This document shows positions 25,315 to 38,866 of a stretch of DNA of 64,000 nt, piece by piece. Numbering within the stretch: position 1 is the first letter of the stretch; every line of letters begins with the position of its first letter. This DNA comes from Hydrolagus affinis. Lineage: Eukaryota. The translations under genes were made by a program, and so were the position numbers. The stretch is from NCBI GenBank assembly GCA_012026655.1, contig JAAILG010000069.1, positions 1-64,000 on the forward strand, given 5' to 3'. The notes beneath the pieces are model-generated. The model searched no databases, had not been told where the DNA came from, and saw nothing but the letters and a program-made list of their open reading frames with translations.

Positions 25315-26061
25315 AATGTATTCGGGAACATAACAAATGTGTTTGTTCAGCAGCAATCAATGGACAGAGAAGAAGGCAGTGTACAAAATCAGTCTTACAG
25401 TACCAATTACATTATTTGTATTAAAACGCACAGCAGTCTACAATGCTACAAATATGCCTTACAGTCTCACTACTATCGCCAAGTGATGTATGTTATTGCT
25501 GCCTAATATATTCAGCATGAAAATTGTAGCTCAAAACGGCTCTATCTCACTCTGATTCACCACCACCAGGACCCGTCTTGCCAGCTTGTATTACAATACA
25601 ATACATTGCAATTGATTCCTAGGTGCTGTTCGACCTATTATAAACCATTGTTGCAATAGGCTAAATCTCTCCCATTTGAGAAATAGACTTAAAATAATAC
25701 ATCTTCAAAGTAAACCAAATAAGAATATAACGTCTTGTCTCTCTGATCTAAACAGGCCCACAATGTCTTCGGAGATTCACTTTGTTTTGATTAATCAAAA
25801 ACTGATTAAGGAAAATCATAATTATCAGACTCAGGACTTAATTGCATAATGCTCAGTAATGCAATAAAAAGTATTGCCCATGTACTGTACTACAATGTAC
25901 TTTACAGGAGCTGCAATATAATGTAATCATTCTGCATTATAGTGCAATATAATATACTTTGCTGGAACTGTAATACTATATGCAGTCAGCAGAGTACTCC
26001 CAGAGTAGGTATAATGCAGCCTTAGATACACAGTTGATTCTGTCTCGTCTCCGGCAATAAT

Positions 26062-26245
26062 GGACCAGAATTTTCACCCAGGTCTGGATTTACTGCGTTT
26101 ACTCAGCATTTCAGAGCATCCAGAATGTAAAAACTACAGAAAAACTGGTTGTGAATTGAAGAAGTGGAGACGAGGTTAAAAAAAAAATGGTCAAATTCTG
26201 GTTGATCTCAAACGCTAAGAAAATAGACCCAGGTGAAATCTCAGC
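26062..26245. mobile_element. Old MITE-like element with imperfect terminal inverted repeats
   Basis: Left end agaattttcacccaggtctggatttactgcgttt versus reverse complement of right end gagatttcacctgggtctattttcttagcgttt. Confidence 0.5.
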
Positions 26246-26972
26246 ATAAAATACGTCTTAACCCCAATCAGGAAAGAACAGCCCTTTTGTGCTGATGTGA
26301 TCCTTTCTTACATTATTTTGTCATCAATGTTCCTTATGACCTCTCTGAGTGACAGAGCAATTTGGTAACAATTAGGACTGAACAATATACAGTTTGGGAC
26401 TGTGAATCTACGTTGGCTTAGAACTGGGTTAAAGTTGCCACAAATTCATTTCCCATAACAATAGGATCCTTATCGTCCATAAAGAGAGGAGATAGTTCAT
26501 CCATAAATCTGGGCTGGATTCAGATCCTGAGTTGAAAGAATAGTGCGCCAACTCAGCATACTCCATTGCCTTGGCCTCGGGATTTTTTTTTCAACTGGTC
26601 TAGTACCAAAATATCCTTCTCAGTTAGTTTTTGACAAACATTTTGAAGAATCAAAGATCAGCACTTCAGGCAATGGTCTCATGCAGATAGTCTGTTATGA
26701 GGCAAGTCACACTTGTGTCTAGTTTCCAACTTATCTCTTCAAGCATCAAAAGCACCAATTTCTCGAGCATTCGACCACCTGCTAGTTTGTTTGTTTTTGG
26801 TTTCCCTTTTAGAGACGCTTTGCAACGTGTCTTGTTTCTCACACGAGCTTCGGATCGGAGGACAGCAAAGGCCACTTTAATTTTATTCCACCCAAACAAA
26901 TCAATGGGAAAATATATATTTTTTTCGAAATCAAATAAGAAGTGCAAGCTGAGTGCTGTTGAAAAGGGATAC

Positions 26973-27058
26973 CTCGGAGCCGTGCCTTGAACTGATCCGT
27001 AATAGATGTTCATTCCAGGATAACCCATCTTGGGTGACCGGGTGCATGCGCACTCCAT
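26973..27058 (-). CDS. Candidate alternative first coding exon of RNF220 (MECACTRSPKMGYPGMNIYYGSVQGTAP-S)
   Basis: ATG in strong Kozak context (gtgATGG, and a second aagATGG), 28 codons plus AG, then donor GAG|gtatcc. The phase-2 end splices in frame onto the 9733-9778 exon. No transcript evidence is available. Confidence 0.4.
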
Positions 27059-27142
27059 CACCAATGACAACACAGATAATCTGTGTATAAATCTTATCAG
27101 CTTGCTTGCCTTCACTACAGCTAGTCATGATTTTTAGCGCAA

Positions 27143-27196
27143 CGTGTGTGTGTGTCCGTGTGTGTGTGTAAAAAGGAGAGAGAGAGAGAGAGAGAA
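27143..27196. repeat. Compound (GT)n/(GA)n microsatellite just inside RNF220 intron 3
   Basis: Seen directly. Confidence 0.9.
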
Positions 27197-27242
27197 AGAC
27201 TGCCTGCCTTGCTGTAATGTTTGTGATAATATAAAGATGTAC

Positions 27243-27369
27243 CTTAGGTTGATCTGAGTGATTTTTTCCAGCTCCTGATCCATGTGATCCTGCAGCTCGC
27301 TGGGACGGAGCAGTACCTGACAGATTGGACAAATCGGGGCTTGGCTGTCGTACAGAGTTTTCTTCTTAC
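27243..27369 (-). CDS. RNF220: RNF220 internal coding exon (equivalent to human exon 3) with CPIC...H zinc-finger-like motif
   Basis: gttttcttttaatcag|GT AAG...CTA AG|gtacat. 127 nt, phase 1-2, translating (G)KKKTLYDSQAPICPICQVLLRPSELQDHMDQELEKITQINL(S). This matches human DSQAPICPICQVLLRPSELQEHMEQELE. Confidence 0.97.
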
Positions 27370-28189
27370 CTGATTAAAAGAAAACACACACAATCAATTG
27401 TTAAGATTTATTGGATAACTGGCAGATATTTCTTCAACAAATCTGATCAAGGCATTCGTTTCCTTCGCTCTGCATAAATTCAAATGACACCATATACTTA
27501 ATTAACAGTACTTTGGTTTTAAAACTACAGGCAAATTTAGGGCGAGACTTTGTGAATTCCCTTTAATGATCATGAACTGGGATGATGGGACAATCTCCTA
27601 ATATAAATAGCCACAATCTGTAACATTGGCAGCTTCTGCCACAGCCTTCACCCCCCCACACCCCCCGACCATCCCCAGGCTGTGAAACTCTCATTCATAC
27701 ATTCGTCACTATATGAATGGCTCCGAACTCTTCCCTCTGCAAGTTGCAGATGTTAATGTTCCAAGTTGCTTCTTCAAACGATAGAGCCACCTCAATAATG
27801 ATCACCTCAAAGTTCTCAAACTGGTGACAAGCGCATGGGTATTGTAACACACGTAACAATATACAACAGCCTATTTTGATAACCAAAGGCTAATGATTCA
27901 TTATTCTTTTGCTTGTCAATGGAAAAACATTACTTCAAGAGAAGGGACTAGTTTACATAGAAAATAAATAAAGCCAAAAATCCTAAATTCTATTCCCACG
28001 ATGGTTCCTCCCACCTTACCCACTAACTGCACATCTCTCCAATTCTCCATCATTTAATTCCTGTCCCAGAGTAAACTAAAATACAAAGGAAACCAAAAGG
28101 CCCCTTGGCTAAATCGAGTAGGTGGTGGAAGACAGAAGGAATTCAAGACATAATCATTTAAGCAGTTGTTCAAAATTTCAATATTTAGT

Positions 28190-28490
28190 AAATAATAATA
28201 ATCCTTGCATTTGATATAGCACCTTATCACATCTTAGATGTCTCAAAACGCCTCACAGAATGTCCTATAAAGTGAATTGACTGCATATTTGTGGGTGAAA
28301 CGCGGCAGCCAACTGCATACAGTAGTGTCCCACAAACAGTTGTGGATTGAAATGACCAATTTTATTATTCTTTTTTGAGGGTTTATTTTCAGGTGTGTGG
28401 AGTAAGGAAACTTGCCTAAGGTTTCGCCCTGACCTGCCTGGAATCGAACCCAGGTCTCTCGCTTGTAAGGCGAGTGCTCTAACCACTGAG
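28190..28490 (-). mobile_element. Full-length SINE, with a second tail fragment at ~28540-28606
   Basis: Complete tail, body and head, including gaatcgaacccaggtctctcgcttgtaaggcgagtgctctaaccactgag. Confidence 0.92.
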
Positions 28491-31400
28491 AAATCCAGTG
28501 AGGAGACACAGCTTGTGGCCTTGATAATATTTTTTTAAAATTCTTGCATGTGACGTAGTGCCTTATTACGTCTTCGAGACGTCTCAAAGCGCTTCACAGA
28601 ATGTACAGGGAAGCCTGATAACATAGAAGTTTCCTATGAGGAAAGGTGAGTAAACATGAACAACTAGGAGAAAAGTTCTGAGTCATAAAAGGCCCGTATC
28701 TAAATTGTCTGCATTTTAACAAAATACATTCTCCACCACTAAACAAACCACAAGATCTCATTTGTGTTACAGACAACAATGATTTGAAATTGCTGTGACA
28801 CTTATTACACTTGAGGCAAAGAAGCCAATTTTAAAATGTTCACATTTTTAGTTTGACTTGTTGGTTGATTCAGACACCTGAAGCTGACATTTTAGTTTGC
28901 TTTGACCAATAAATCATTGAGGATCAATAAATACCAGACACCCAAGTATGGTTTTGGTGCCTGGTAACCTGTCTCTATTATAGATACAATTGCACAAAAA
29001 AAACAGACAGATGGACATGGCAGTTTTAGTGGCGAGATTTCAGAACGTGTCGAAACTGGGGGAGGGAGGGAGGGAGGCAGGGAGGGAGGGAGGGAAAGAT
29101 TTTTGTTGCGTTTTCAGTGAAATTTCTGACCGTGCTCTGTGTGATATCAAGAGGAATGGGTTCTGAAATCCTGTACATTTCACTCTATAAATCTGCTGCA
29201 TTTTTTAAAATTCCTGACGGGGGAACGCCAAAGGCTTTTTCGACGACCATGATAAATCCACACATTGATGAAAATGAAAACAACCGAAGATATTCACAGT
29301 AAGAAATAATTTCCTTCACTGGGATTGCTTTTTGGAAACAAATGGAGGGGGGTGGGGGGTGGGGGGGGCGGGAACAAAGACAGAGCTCGGCCAGAATTCA
29401 CTTTAATTCTATTTTTGTTCCCAGACCCTTCCCTAAACAATAAAAAAATGCTGTGACTGTCTCCTAAAAAAAGCACACACATTTCCAGCAGGGAAATCCT
29501 GTTACATGTGCACCAGCATAAACAGATGTCATGTAAATATCTGCCTCCGCCCTTGGCCTCATCTCCTGCTTTAACTGTACTGTATTAAACTCTCATTTAT
29601 TAATAGGTCAGCAATTAGCAAACTAAACATCCTGACACCTACTGAACACATGGCAGGCCCTACATTCACTGCAGTTTGGCTCAACACCAGTGATTCTGGA
29701 CACAAGATTTCTTGTATTCAGTTGGATATACAAATGCAATTTTTTTTTCTCTCTCGAAAAGAATAAATTTGCAGTATCAAGTGATCTCTCACAAAGCGTT
29801 TGGATCAGTCAGTCCCAGCGAGACTTGTGAAAGAAAACAATCCTGCAATTAAATGATTAATAGGAAATTAATCATAAACATATCACACGCCATGGATCAA
29901 AGATCAGTGGATATGACACACCGGGAAGCCAGATATGTACAGGGTTCTCTGATGTGCGGCAACACTGTCAAACAGGAGAAACCAAATGCCTCTCTGCGGA
30001 AGGTGAGAGGGGAAAATAGGCAGCAAATCAACAGTAACCGTTCAGCCAAGTAGAGCGTCTACATGAGTCTACGAAAAGCTGGTCAAGCACTCCGGGACGC
30101 AAGGGCAAATTGTTGTTGTTGCCTGCCTGCCTGCTATTGTGAGCACAGAATGGGTTATGGCACAATAACTGACGGGAGGGGAAAGCATAACATCTCTTCC
30201 GAATGGTTCTGAATATCTTTCATAATTCCGTGAAGGGCAAAATACATTGAATATTTGAATATTGGTGGTGCCCACTGTGAATAAATTACCTTTTTAGATT
30301 TTCAGTGTCCGCTGTGAATAGTACCATTATTAATCCCCAAACCAATGAAATGAAAGTTCAACTTAATTTGGGATTATGATTTGGTTTGGGTCTCAATGAT
30401 ATTGAGACTAATCTAAATCCATCCTCTTCGCTCCCCCATTTTATCCAGAGTTAATATGTATTGGATTTTATTCAGATGTATTCCTATTTCTCATGAAATG
30501 ATGTGACAGCATCTCTCCTGCTCCAGGTAGCAGAAGTTGCAAAAAAAAATGACAGTTTACTGTCGAGAAACTTCCATTATAAATGACAAATGAAAAATCC
30601 CAATTTAGGATACCAAGATTCCAAAATCCCGACTTTAGTCTTGAGAAAGAGGAGCGATGACCTTATCTATCTACCCTCCCATTTAGGAACTGAAATTACT
30701 TTGACGAGGGAAAAGTTCCGTTTTAACATTGAGAGTGGGGATTCGACCCTCCTTGTCTATCCAGCTGGTTTGGGTTAAGGTAGTTTATGGTGTTCCCCCT
30801 CTCCCTACTCTTTACCACCCAGGATCCAGGTCATATTCTGCTTACCTAAACCATCGAATCATTCTTTTGGTGGGCTCCACAAATCTCCCTGATTCTTTGG
30901 TACAACAACAACAACAAAATGACATGTGTATAGCGCCTGTTCACCACGCTGGGAAAGCAAAGTGTGGCCGTCCAGAAGCATTCCTTGACAGTCGAGCGTT
31001 GTCCCTGGGGGAAATGTACTGTATAGAGAGATTCTGGATATGTTTACACATGGCTGCTGATATGGCAACATACTTAGCCCTAGCGCAGAGAGCTGGAATC
31101 TGATTGAACCTGCTCACAACAAACACCCATTGATCAGCCTGCCACGATCTATGCTCCATCCGTACCTTAAATACACCAGCAGCCCAGAAGCCACATCTCC
31201 CTTTGTCTGCTATCAACAAACACGACAACACAGAGGAGAGAGAGCTAATGTCACCTCGCAGGCGTCTTGTTACCCATTTACTCAATGCTACCCGGTGCAT
31301 GAAAGGGTTAAACCGGTTCCAGAGCATTTAATCAAAACCGTCACCTTTTCCTCACAGCACTAACAAATAACCGCGTATAAAACCATTTCATCCTTAAATT

Positions 31401-34400
31401 TCATCCCATTTCATCCCCCCCTCCCACTCCCATCCGCACACTCACACCCCCCTCCCACCCACCCACACACACACCCACACACACAGACCAGCTAAAATAT
31501 TCATTTCATGAAACTGACACAACAACATTGTTCCAAAAAACCTGGCACTGTTCAGAGGTCTAGCAAATCGTCGGCGTGGCACTATTCATCATTACTGCTT
31601 AGTTAAGTGATTGATGAACATTCCATGGGGATCAAACAATTCCCTGGGTGATCAAGACAGTATTTAACTGTTTCTCTCTCTCTGCTTCCCCCCACTTCAC
31701 TTCACCCACCACCTTCGCGCACACCAGAATTGTTACACTGCGTTGAAGACAGTATTGGACAATGAATCACACAGCTCTGCTTAATGGAGTTGGTCAGTGG
31801 CACTATTGCAGAACAAATCAGACGGAGGCGGGTAGAGTCTGCCATCTCAGAATAACGTCTGAAATTGTGTTTCTCTAAATCTCAAAAGCCGTTGCAAAGT
31901 TCAGAATCTTATTTTAGTTCGATGTTGTCGCGAGTAGCGGTTTTTGAAGAACAAAAAAAGTTCACTTTGGAGAATTGTGTAAAAAAAATGACAATTTGAT
32001 TTTTTTTAAAAAAAGATTAGATGTTAAGGTAATGCTTTGCGGAGGTGACAGGCTGAGGGCACGGTAGCAAAGTTAAAGGTAAAAGTGAAGGTTAGTGTCC
32101 AGCAAAGCTTACGATGTCGGGTTTGATACTTGCTTGAAGTCTCCGCTACCTCAATGACATTGGCAGCGAGCTATTTATTTATTTAAGCTTCAGTTTTCAG
32201 AAATAGTGGTGAATAGTTGATTAAGGGGAAATGATGTTCTGTGAACCGCAGTCCAGCAACACCTGAATTGAATTCACTTAATATTCCTGCAACTAACAAC
32301 AAAGAGGATATTTCCATCCTATCAGTCGGGGCTGAACTTGAACCCAAGTCCGAGAGATTACAGAAGGGCAATGTCTAAACGGAGTCCACCTCAAATTAAA
32401 TGACGGTATTGTAATCATAAAGTGGTGGTCGACGATATATCTGAAGGTGAGGAAGCATGAGGTTCTGCTCCTGAGTCTCAACCTGCAGTACAGTATTTTC
32501 TGCTTTAGTAATTTAAATGATATAGAAAGAACCTTGGTTACTCAGAGACTTCGGAAAGGTCCCAGTCGTGTTCACATTTCTCTGTTGGTATTTTAATAAA
32601 GACTCGTGTCTTCAGGACCCACTTTTAAAGATGAAACGGTGGCAAATACATCATCATTCGCTACGATACTTTCTAAAAATTAAATAATGTAATCGGTGAA
32701 TACCTTTTTTTAAAAAAAAAATCATGCGAGGCAGGGAGAGACAATCAGTCCTCGACGAATTGCTTAGAGCAATAGAATAAAGAAACAAAATGAACATCAG
32801 AACAGATGCAGTTATTAACCCACGGATGCTTCAGTTTCAACTGCATGCGTATGTGTCAAACCACCTCCCTCGCAGCAACATTAGGTTCAGTGATGATTCC
32901 CGGGCAGTTTTAGTGTCACTGCCCATTAAATTAAAATCTTTTGCAAAAGGGAAATTAAAATAAACACATGCTGCAAAAATCACTGATACAGTATTTGATT
33001 GTGGAAAAGCAGTCCTGATGATGAGCCTATCTCACTGCGTCACACTGTACAGAAATACCCTCTCCCAGATGATGCTTGAAAGAGAATGAAGCATATATTG
33101 TGATGGTTAACATTTAACTGATACAAATATTTAGAGGGTCGTGAATACTCAGATATTTGCGAGCGTCTAAATTGTAATATTAACATTTCGGGTTTGTATT
33201 TTTTTTAATGTTGGTAATTAAACCTTTGCGGGCTTTGCTCGCTCCCACACAGTCGACAATTCCCTTTTAAATCTTGGAAATCAATGCAATTTTACATTAA
33301 TGTTTCTGTTGTCTTTTCTTTCTCTTTTGTAAAGCACGCTCGCACATATTTTTTTTCACCCTTTGGAACTGGAGGTAGCTGATTAAGATTTTCATAAATA
33401 CTTCATCAGGAACCTCTTTAATAAAGCCTGACAACTTTATCTGGCGTGTTTGCTCAGAAACATTGAATAAATAAGGAGCAGGAGAAAAGAGACATTGTGT
33501 AGTTGTCTGGGAGAATGATGCTCCACATTACCGTGTATGGACCTCTGGGGACAGGGAAGATGAAAGAGCATGGAAGGGGCTCTGATGGATCGAGTTGTGT
33601 ATTAATTTGAGAAACTGAGCGAATCCATACATCCTAGCTCTCCATAGATCTAAAACTCAATGAAAATGTCGGACAGTAGATGCATCACAATTACTGTCTG
33701 GGCCTTAATGAGGACCCTGTCAGCGATGTCATTACACGAAAGGGCAGCTGCTCAAAAGATTCAATAAAACTGGATGAAAAGTCAGCGTACTAATATTCTT
33801 TTCATTTATCCCAGCGCAAAATAAGATGCCACACTTAACTGCCTCAGTAAACTAGGCACCAGCATGATCAATACTGCTAAAAGCCAGGCAAGACGGTGAT
33901 GGAGTGCAATTTTTTGTCTTTACTGAAGTATACCATGGCAGCACTATAATTTATGAAGGGAGGCGCTGATTCACATGTGCATGTGGCAAAGTGTGACACT
34001 GAAATGAATCTTTCACATCAGGAAAGTTTCGTATCTCGATTAGAAATAAGTAGTGAAAACCCCCTTCTCTCACTATCTTCCCAACGCCTTTCACAGGACT
34101 TGCACTTCTAAACTACAGTATCTGGCATCAATGCCAAGTAATGGACTATTGACAATCTTTTGGCGAGGTTTGACATCAACTTGGCATCTCACTTTTGAGA
34201 AAATTGTTTCTCAGATACTGAAACACATCAGCCCGTATCTGGATGTTTCTTCCCTGCTTCTGATGAGTGATGCACTGTTCTTGTGTCGTGCCTCTATTTT
34301 AGGTTATTAAAACGAAACACTGCAAACTGAAGCTCCTGATTATCAGTGCTACATTTCCTTGGTAACAATTAAAGGTAAAACAGATGAAATCTTCAGATAA

Positions 34401-36269
34401 AATGCCTCAAAATGCGAACTTGTTGTTTGTAAAAAGTTACAATAGAAACATTTACCCAGAAATGTACCATCAGTTTGAAGCTTAGCCTTTCTCTCTAAAT
34501 TCATCGCTTGTTGGTATATAATCCGGTCGCCAGCAGTCATTTCATTATATCGGTGTAAAATACACCTTTTTTTCAGTCCTGGGACAGGAGAATTGATAGT
34601 TTAGAGAACTATTTAAAATGCTGATGACTAGATTCCCATGTCCTTATATTTACTTATAGTATTTACAGCATATTACAAATAATTACAAAGGCACACGTTA
34701 TATTAAATTATACACCGGCAACATCAAGTCATTCTCTAGTTTGAAGACTAAGAGCCTCTGATTCGACTCCTATTCTGCACATGCAATCTCCAAAGGGGTT
34801 AACACGCAGGAGCTAAGATACTGCGTTCATATCATTTAACATTACAGTTTACCAGCTCACTTTCTTACTTATATTTTCTGTCCCCACCCCCCGCCTCAAC
34901 ATGGTTTGTAATTATCTATCGAGACCTTTGCCTCGAGGGAAAATTCTTCCTCCAAGTCAGGGCTGCTGAGACAAGGAACAAACCACGTTGGGAATCACAA
35001 TGGGTAGATATGGTGGTGGTGTGGGGGGGAATAGAAGATAAAATAGCATTCTACAATTCAATGTAAAACAATAATGTGCCAGTGTATTGGCGAGGCTGAA
35101 TAAATTCTGCCATTGTTTTAAGGAAGCACGGGACAAAAAGCTTTGTGTTCTCTCCTCAGGCAAAGGAGATCATGAAACTGCCAAACTAGAGTGTGAAATC
35201 TCCCCCCCCCCCACCAGGCATCAATGAAGCTTGTTTGAAACTGAATCGATGAAACAGTCCCTCCCCCAAAAAAATCACAGCTCAATAAAAACCCCGAGAA
35301 TTAATTTTTATTTCCATAATCATCTTTTCAACTCACACCCCGGCCTGCGTTTTGGTTTACCCGGTTTCAAATGATAATATTTCCCACTGCATCGTTAGGG
35401 CAAGTTAAGAGAGAGAGAAAAATAACACAAATAAAGCCCCTACAAGTTGACGATTCAGAGAATACTGCACAGGATTTTCACCATTCTGTAGGATAAATCC
35501 TGTGGAGTTCCATAAGCTAAACTATAAATCCTGTAGCATTTGGGTTTAACTGTGTCTTACAAGATCTAATTTGATCCTGTGGGGCAATTTCAAAATCCTA
35601 TAAGATGTTTTGCTCAGAGCGGGTCTCTTTAAAAATAATAATAAAAAAAATTATTCACACCACGGCTAAGCGCCTATGTCCTTGACTTGGAGGGCAGGCT
35701 GTTAGGATAGTGATATACTGATATGCCTATAATTTGAAAGGGCGACTGGGGCAATGACTTTTCCCTGGGGGGCACATATCGAAACACAGATATTGGATTG
35801 TCAAAACTATTTCCTACAAGAAAATGGATTCATCAGCTTGCAGCACGCAGGGTCAGTACAGCTTCCACCCCTCCAGCACACACACATGACAATGCATATG
35901 GACTAGGAATTGCCGCCCCGCGCACTTAGCTTGTTGCTCTGGCCCCTTAAGTGACTTTGAGAAATGGATAATCGATTATAATTCCACGCGTTCTCCACAG
36001 ATTTATTCCAAAAATGTATGAAGAGCCGCGGCTGGCCCGGCAGATCCTCGCTAACTAGTAAATTCTCTCTCCTCCGAATCTAACCCAGATCACGACTCTA
36101 TTTAATCCATCAGTACACAATCAATATACTCTGTAATCAACTCTTGATCACTTAATTTTACACATGTTGGCTGAATCCTTTTGTTTAATCACAAGATCAT
36201 GCCAGTTCTCTTCTCTCCTCTCCAGTACATCTCTTTTCACCTTGGAATGAGTGATAGAGATGGAGCGAG

Positions 36270-36335
36270 AGAACGCACGAGAGAGAGAGAGAGACACAAA
36301 CACACACACACAGAGACCGAGAGAGAGAGAGAGAA
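36270..36335. repeat. (GA)n/(CA)n microsatellite
   Basis: Seen directly. Confidence 0.85.
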
Positions 36336-37566
36336 ATGAAAAAAGGAAGAGAGAAAGTACAGCGATATCTGAACTCTTGTTTCCGTCTCTTTCCCCTCAT
36401 CCTGGCACCACCATCCCCGCACTCCAGACATCCCATTTCTGGCTCCCAATGCTAAAAAGGAACCTGCTGAAGACTAATTAATATTTAATTCACTACTAAA
36501 TGTACTTATTATTTCCAAGTAATTGGATGGCTGCACAGCTGTGACCACTAATGAATAGGCAGGGCCCAGTCAGAGCTTTCCACTTGAGGCACTGTTGATG
36601 TAGGATGTTACAACACCTTGCAAAGCCACAACCTTGAGGTTGTTCTGGATGTACCTTGTGTGATATTTGACCTTCCCCTCAGCTCCGCAGGATACCACCC
36701 AATTAAAACCAAAACATTTTTAAAAAAATTGGGAGTTGGCAAATTGCAAAACTGTCGTTGTGTTAGCATTTCTCAAATCATATTTTAAGATTTTTTTTAA
36801 CAGCTTCTTTCTGTAGCACTCATCTATCTCACCATCCTCGCAATATATATATATTAATTTTGGCAAGAAATGAATTATTTTTGACAAGTTTCACAGTAAA
36901 GTCCTGTGTGTATATATATATATTTTCCTATTCCTTCTTCATCGGGCATCTTGTGTCTCCGCACACAGCCTCCGCACATCCTTTCCCAACTAGCGAGATG
37001 AGCAGTGATATATTCTATCTGTTTAATAAAAAATGGTTGGGTATGGGTTATAAGGTTGTAATGCAATCAAGGAGTGTAGGCAGGAGCAAGGAAAGGTCGT
37101 TCAGCCCATATGCCTCACCCTATCGTGGTGTCTTCTCCCTCTCTCTTTGATACAAAGCCTCCGAACCTTCGCTCCTGTCTCTGCTCGTTTAGTTTCTGAA
37201 TGATTCAATCAAATCTGCATTCACTGTGCGAGGTAGAAGTGCTTTTTCCATATTAACAGCTCTAAGTTCGACAAAGTTAATCCTTTCATTGCGTTGAGCT
37301 ATTGCTTCGGACTGAAGCTTTGATATATTGTGTAAATAGAGTAGTATCATGGCGTATTGTTTTTTTTCTCTCCCCCCACCCCCACCCCCCTCGTATTCTA
37401 TTGTGACCTTTACATAAGAAGACAAAGCGATGTGACAGTGATCACAGGCTCCTGATATTATGCAGATACAAAAGGCGAGAGCTTTACAAACATTTCTTTT
37501 CGGAATGTGGCTAAAAAGATAATCAACAGATTCAAAATATCACCTTCCCATTCACATTTTATCACA

Positions 37567-37866
37567 GAATACGCAGTCACCACACCAGACAATAAATTCC
37601 GCGAAACGCTTTGCAATGTCTCCCTGATGTGAAAGCACTCTATCAAATGCCAGGATCGCCTAATAATAACCCCTCCTCCCCCCAAAAAGATAAAAATTGG
37701 TCATTTGAATCCACGATTGTTTGTGGGGACGCTGCTGTGCGCAATTGGCTGCTGCGTTTCACCCACAAATATACAGTCAATTCACTTTACAGTATATTCT
37801 GTGAAGCTCTTTGAGACGTCAATAAGATGTGAAAAACCACTATATCAAATGCAAGGATTATTATTA
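37567..37866 (+). mobile_element. Two tandem SINE fragments (old tail at 37567-37656, 5'-truncated copy at 37659-37866)
   Basis: Two gcactctatcaaatgccagg / cactatatcaaatgcaagg tails, and body gacgctgctgtgcgcaattggctg. Confidence 0.88.
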
Positions 37867-38694
37867 GTATAGATATCATAAAATGCCTTTCAGCTTTGAA
37901 AAAATTCAGTTAGTGATGTGTAAGAATCAGCTTCAGTGGCCTGTGCCTTTAAGAATGCTGGCTTTGTGTGCATGTGGACTATCTATCTCACGACTTAACT
38001 GTCACCAGCTTTCCCCTGTGCCACTACGGGATTCTAAATCCACTTTCAAACACACCAAATCTGATGTAAATGGAAAAAAATCTGGTTTAATTTGAAATTG
38101 ATCCGGAAAGAGTATGCAACGGATTGGGCTAGTTTACAGGGTTGGAGTCTGCTGAACATCCCAGCCAAACAAACACTGCAGCAAGATTACAACAGTCTTA
38201 CTGACCATCAGTTACACTACCGTTTCGAGCCCCACAAGTTGGGGGAAGTTTTTATTTCAAAGCAAGGGTATTTTCAGGCGCCCTATTTCGTTGCATAAAC
38301 GTACTCAGTTACCTGCTTCCACCTCACAGATTGCTTTTTAAAGGGCCATTGTCCCCCTGGTTAGCAGCTTCAAGAACAGGCTGTTTCCTATCGGTTTCAT
38401 GAACTGCTTTGTGCTAATCACTGCTATAAACTCAGTTTGCAGTCAGTACACTCTCTATCTCTCTATCTGCTCTAACTTTGGTTCACAAAATGTATCCCAA
38501 TTCCAAATACTGTACTTTACTGCCACAATTGGCAATATTGCTTAGTTTAATAAACAATTTTCTGGCAATACGTTGGATGATCCTGGGAAAATAACACAAA
38601 GTGCCGAGCTTGCCAAAGTAAAACTATTAGTGGCCAGCATGGATTTTGTTTTAATTTTTTTTAGGGGAGGAGTCCGATTATTTGCTTAATTAAT

Positions 38695-38866
38695 TTGAGA
38701 TAATGTCTCCGTACATCCAACATTGTTGCCTAATTTATCGCCTTTGCCACATAATTTGCAAATAATTCCACTGTTGCTAACGCCATCAAAAAATCTGCAA
38801 ATTAATCACCTTAAATCAGGTGAATTATGCAACAATCAATTGGATACGACCAAAGTCATTTTCTAA
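38695..38866. repeat. Imperfect ~170-bp palindrome, Eulor/UCON-like ancient transposon remnant
   Basis: Left arm ttgagataatgtctccgtacatccaacattgttgcctaatttatc...taatttgca aligns to the reverse complement of the right arm, ttagaaaatgactttggtcgtatccaattgattgttgcataattcacc...taatttgca. Confidence 0.6.

Noticed and set aside
26666-27115. 149-aa minus-strand ORF, the longest in the track
   Set aside because: It starts at GTG, lies in an intron and has no recognisable domain. Only the 26973-27058 part is plausibly coding, as a spliced exon.
26931-27332. 133-aa ORF overlapping RNF220 exon 3
   Set aside because: It is the wrong reading frame of the exon and runs through microsatellites.
30590-31363. 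Cluster of overlapping 62-128 aa ORFs on both strands
   Set aside because: No recognisable protein motif or consistent splice signals, and the cluster includes an L2 tail fragment at ~30903-30960.
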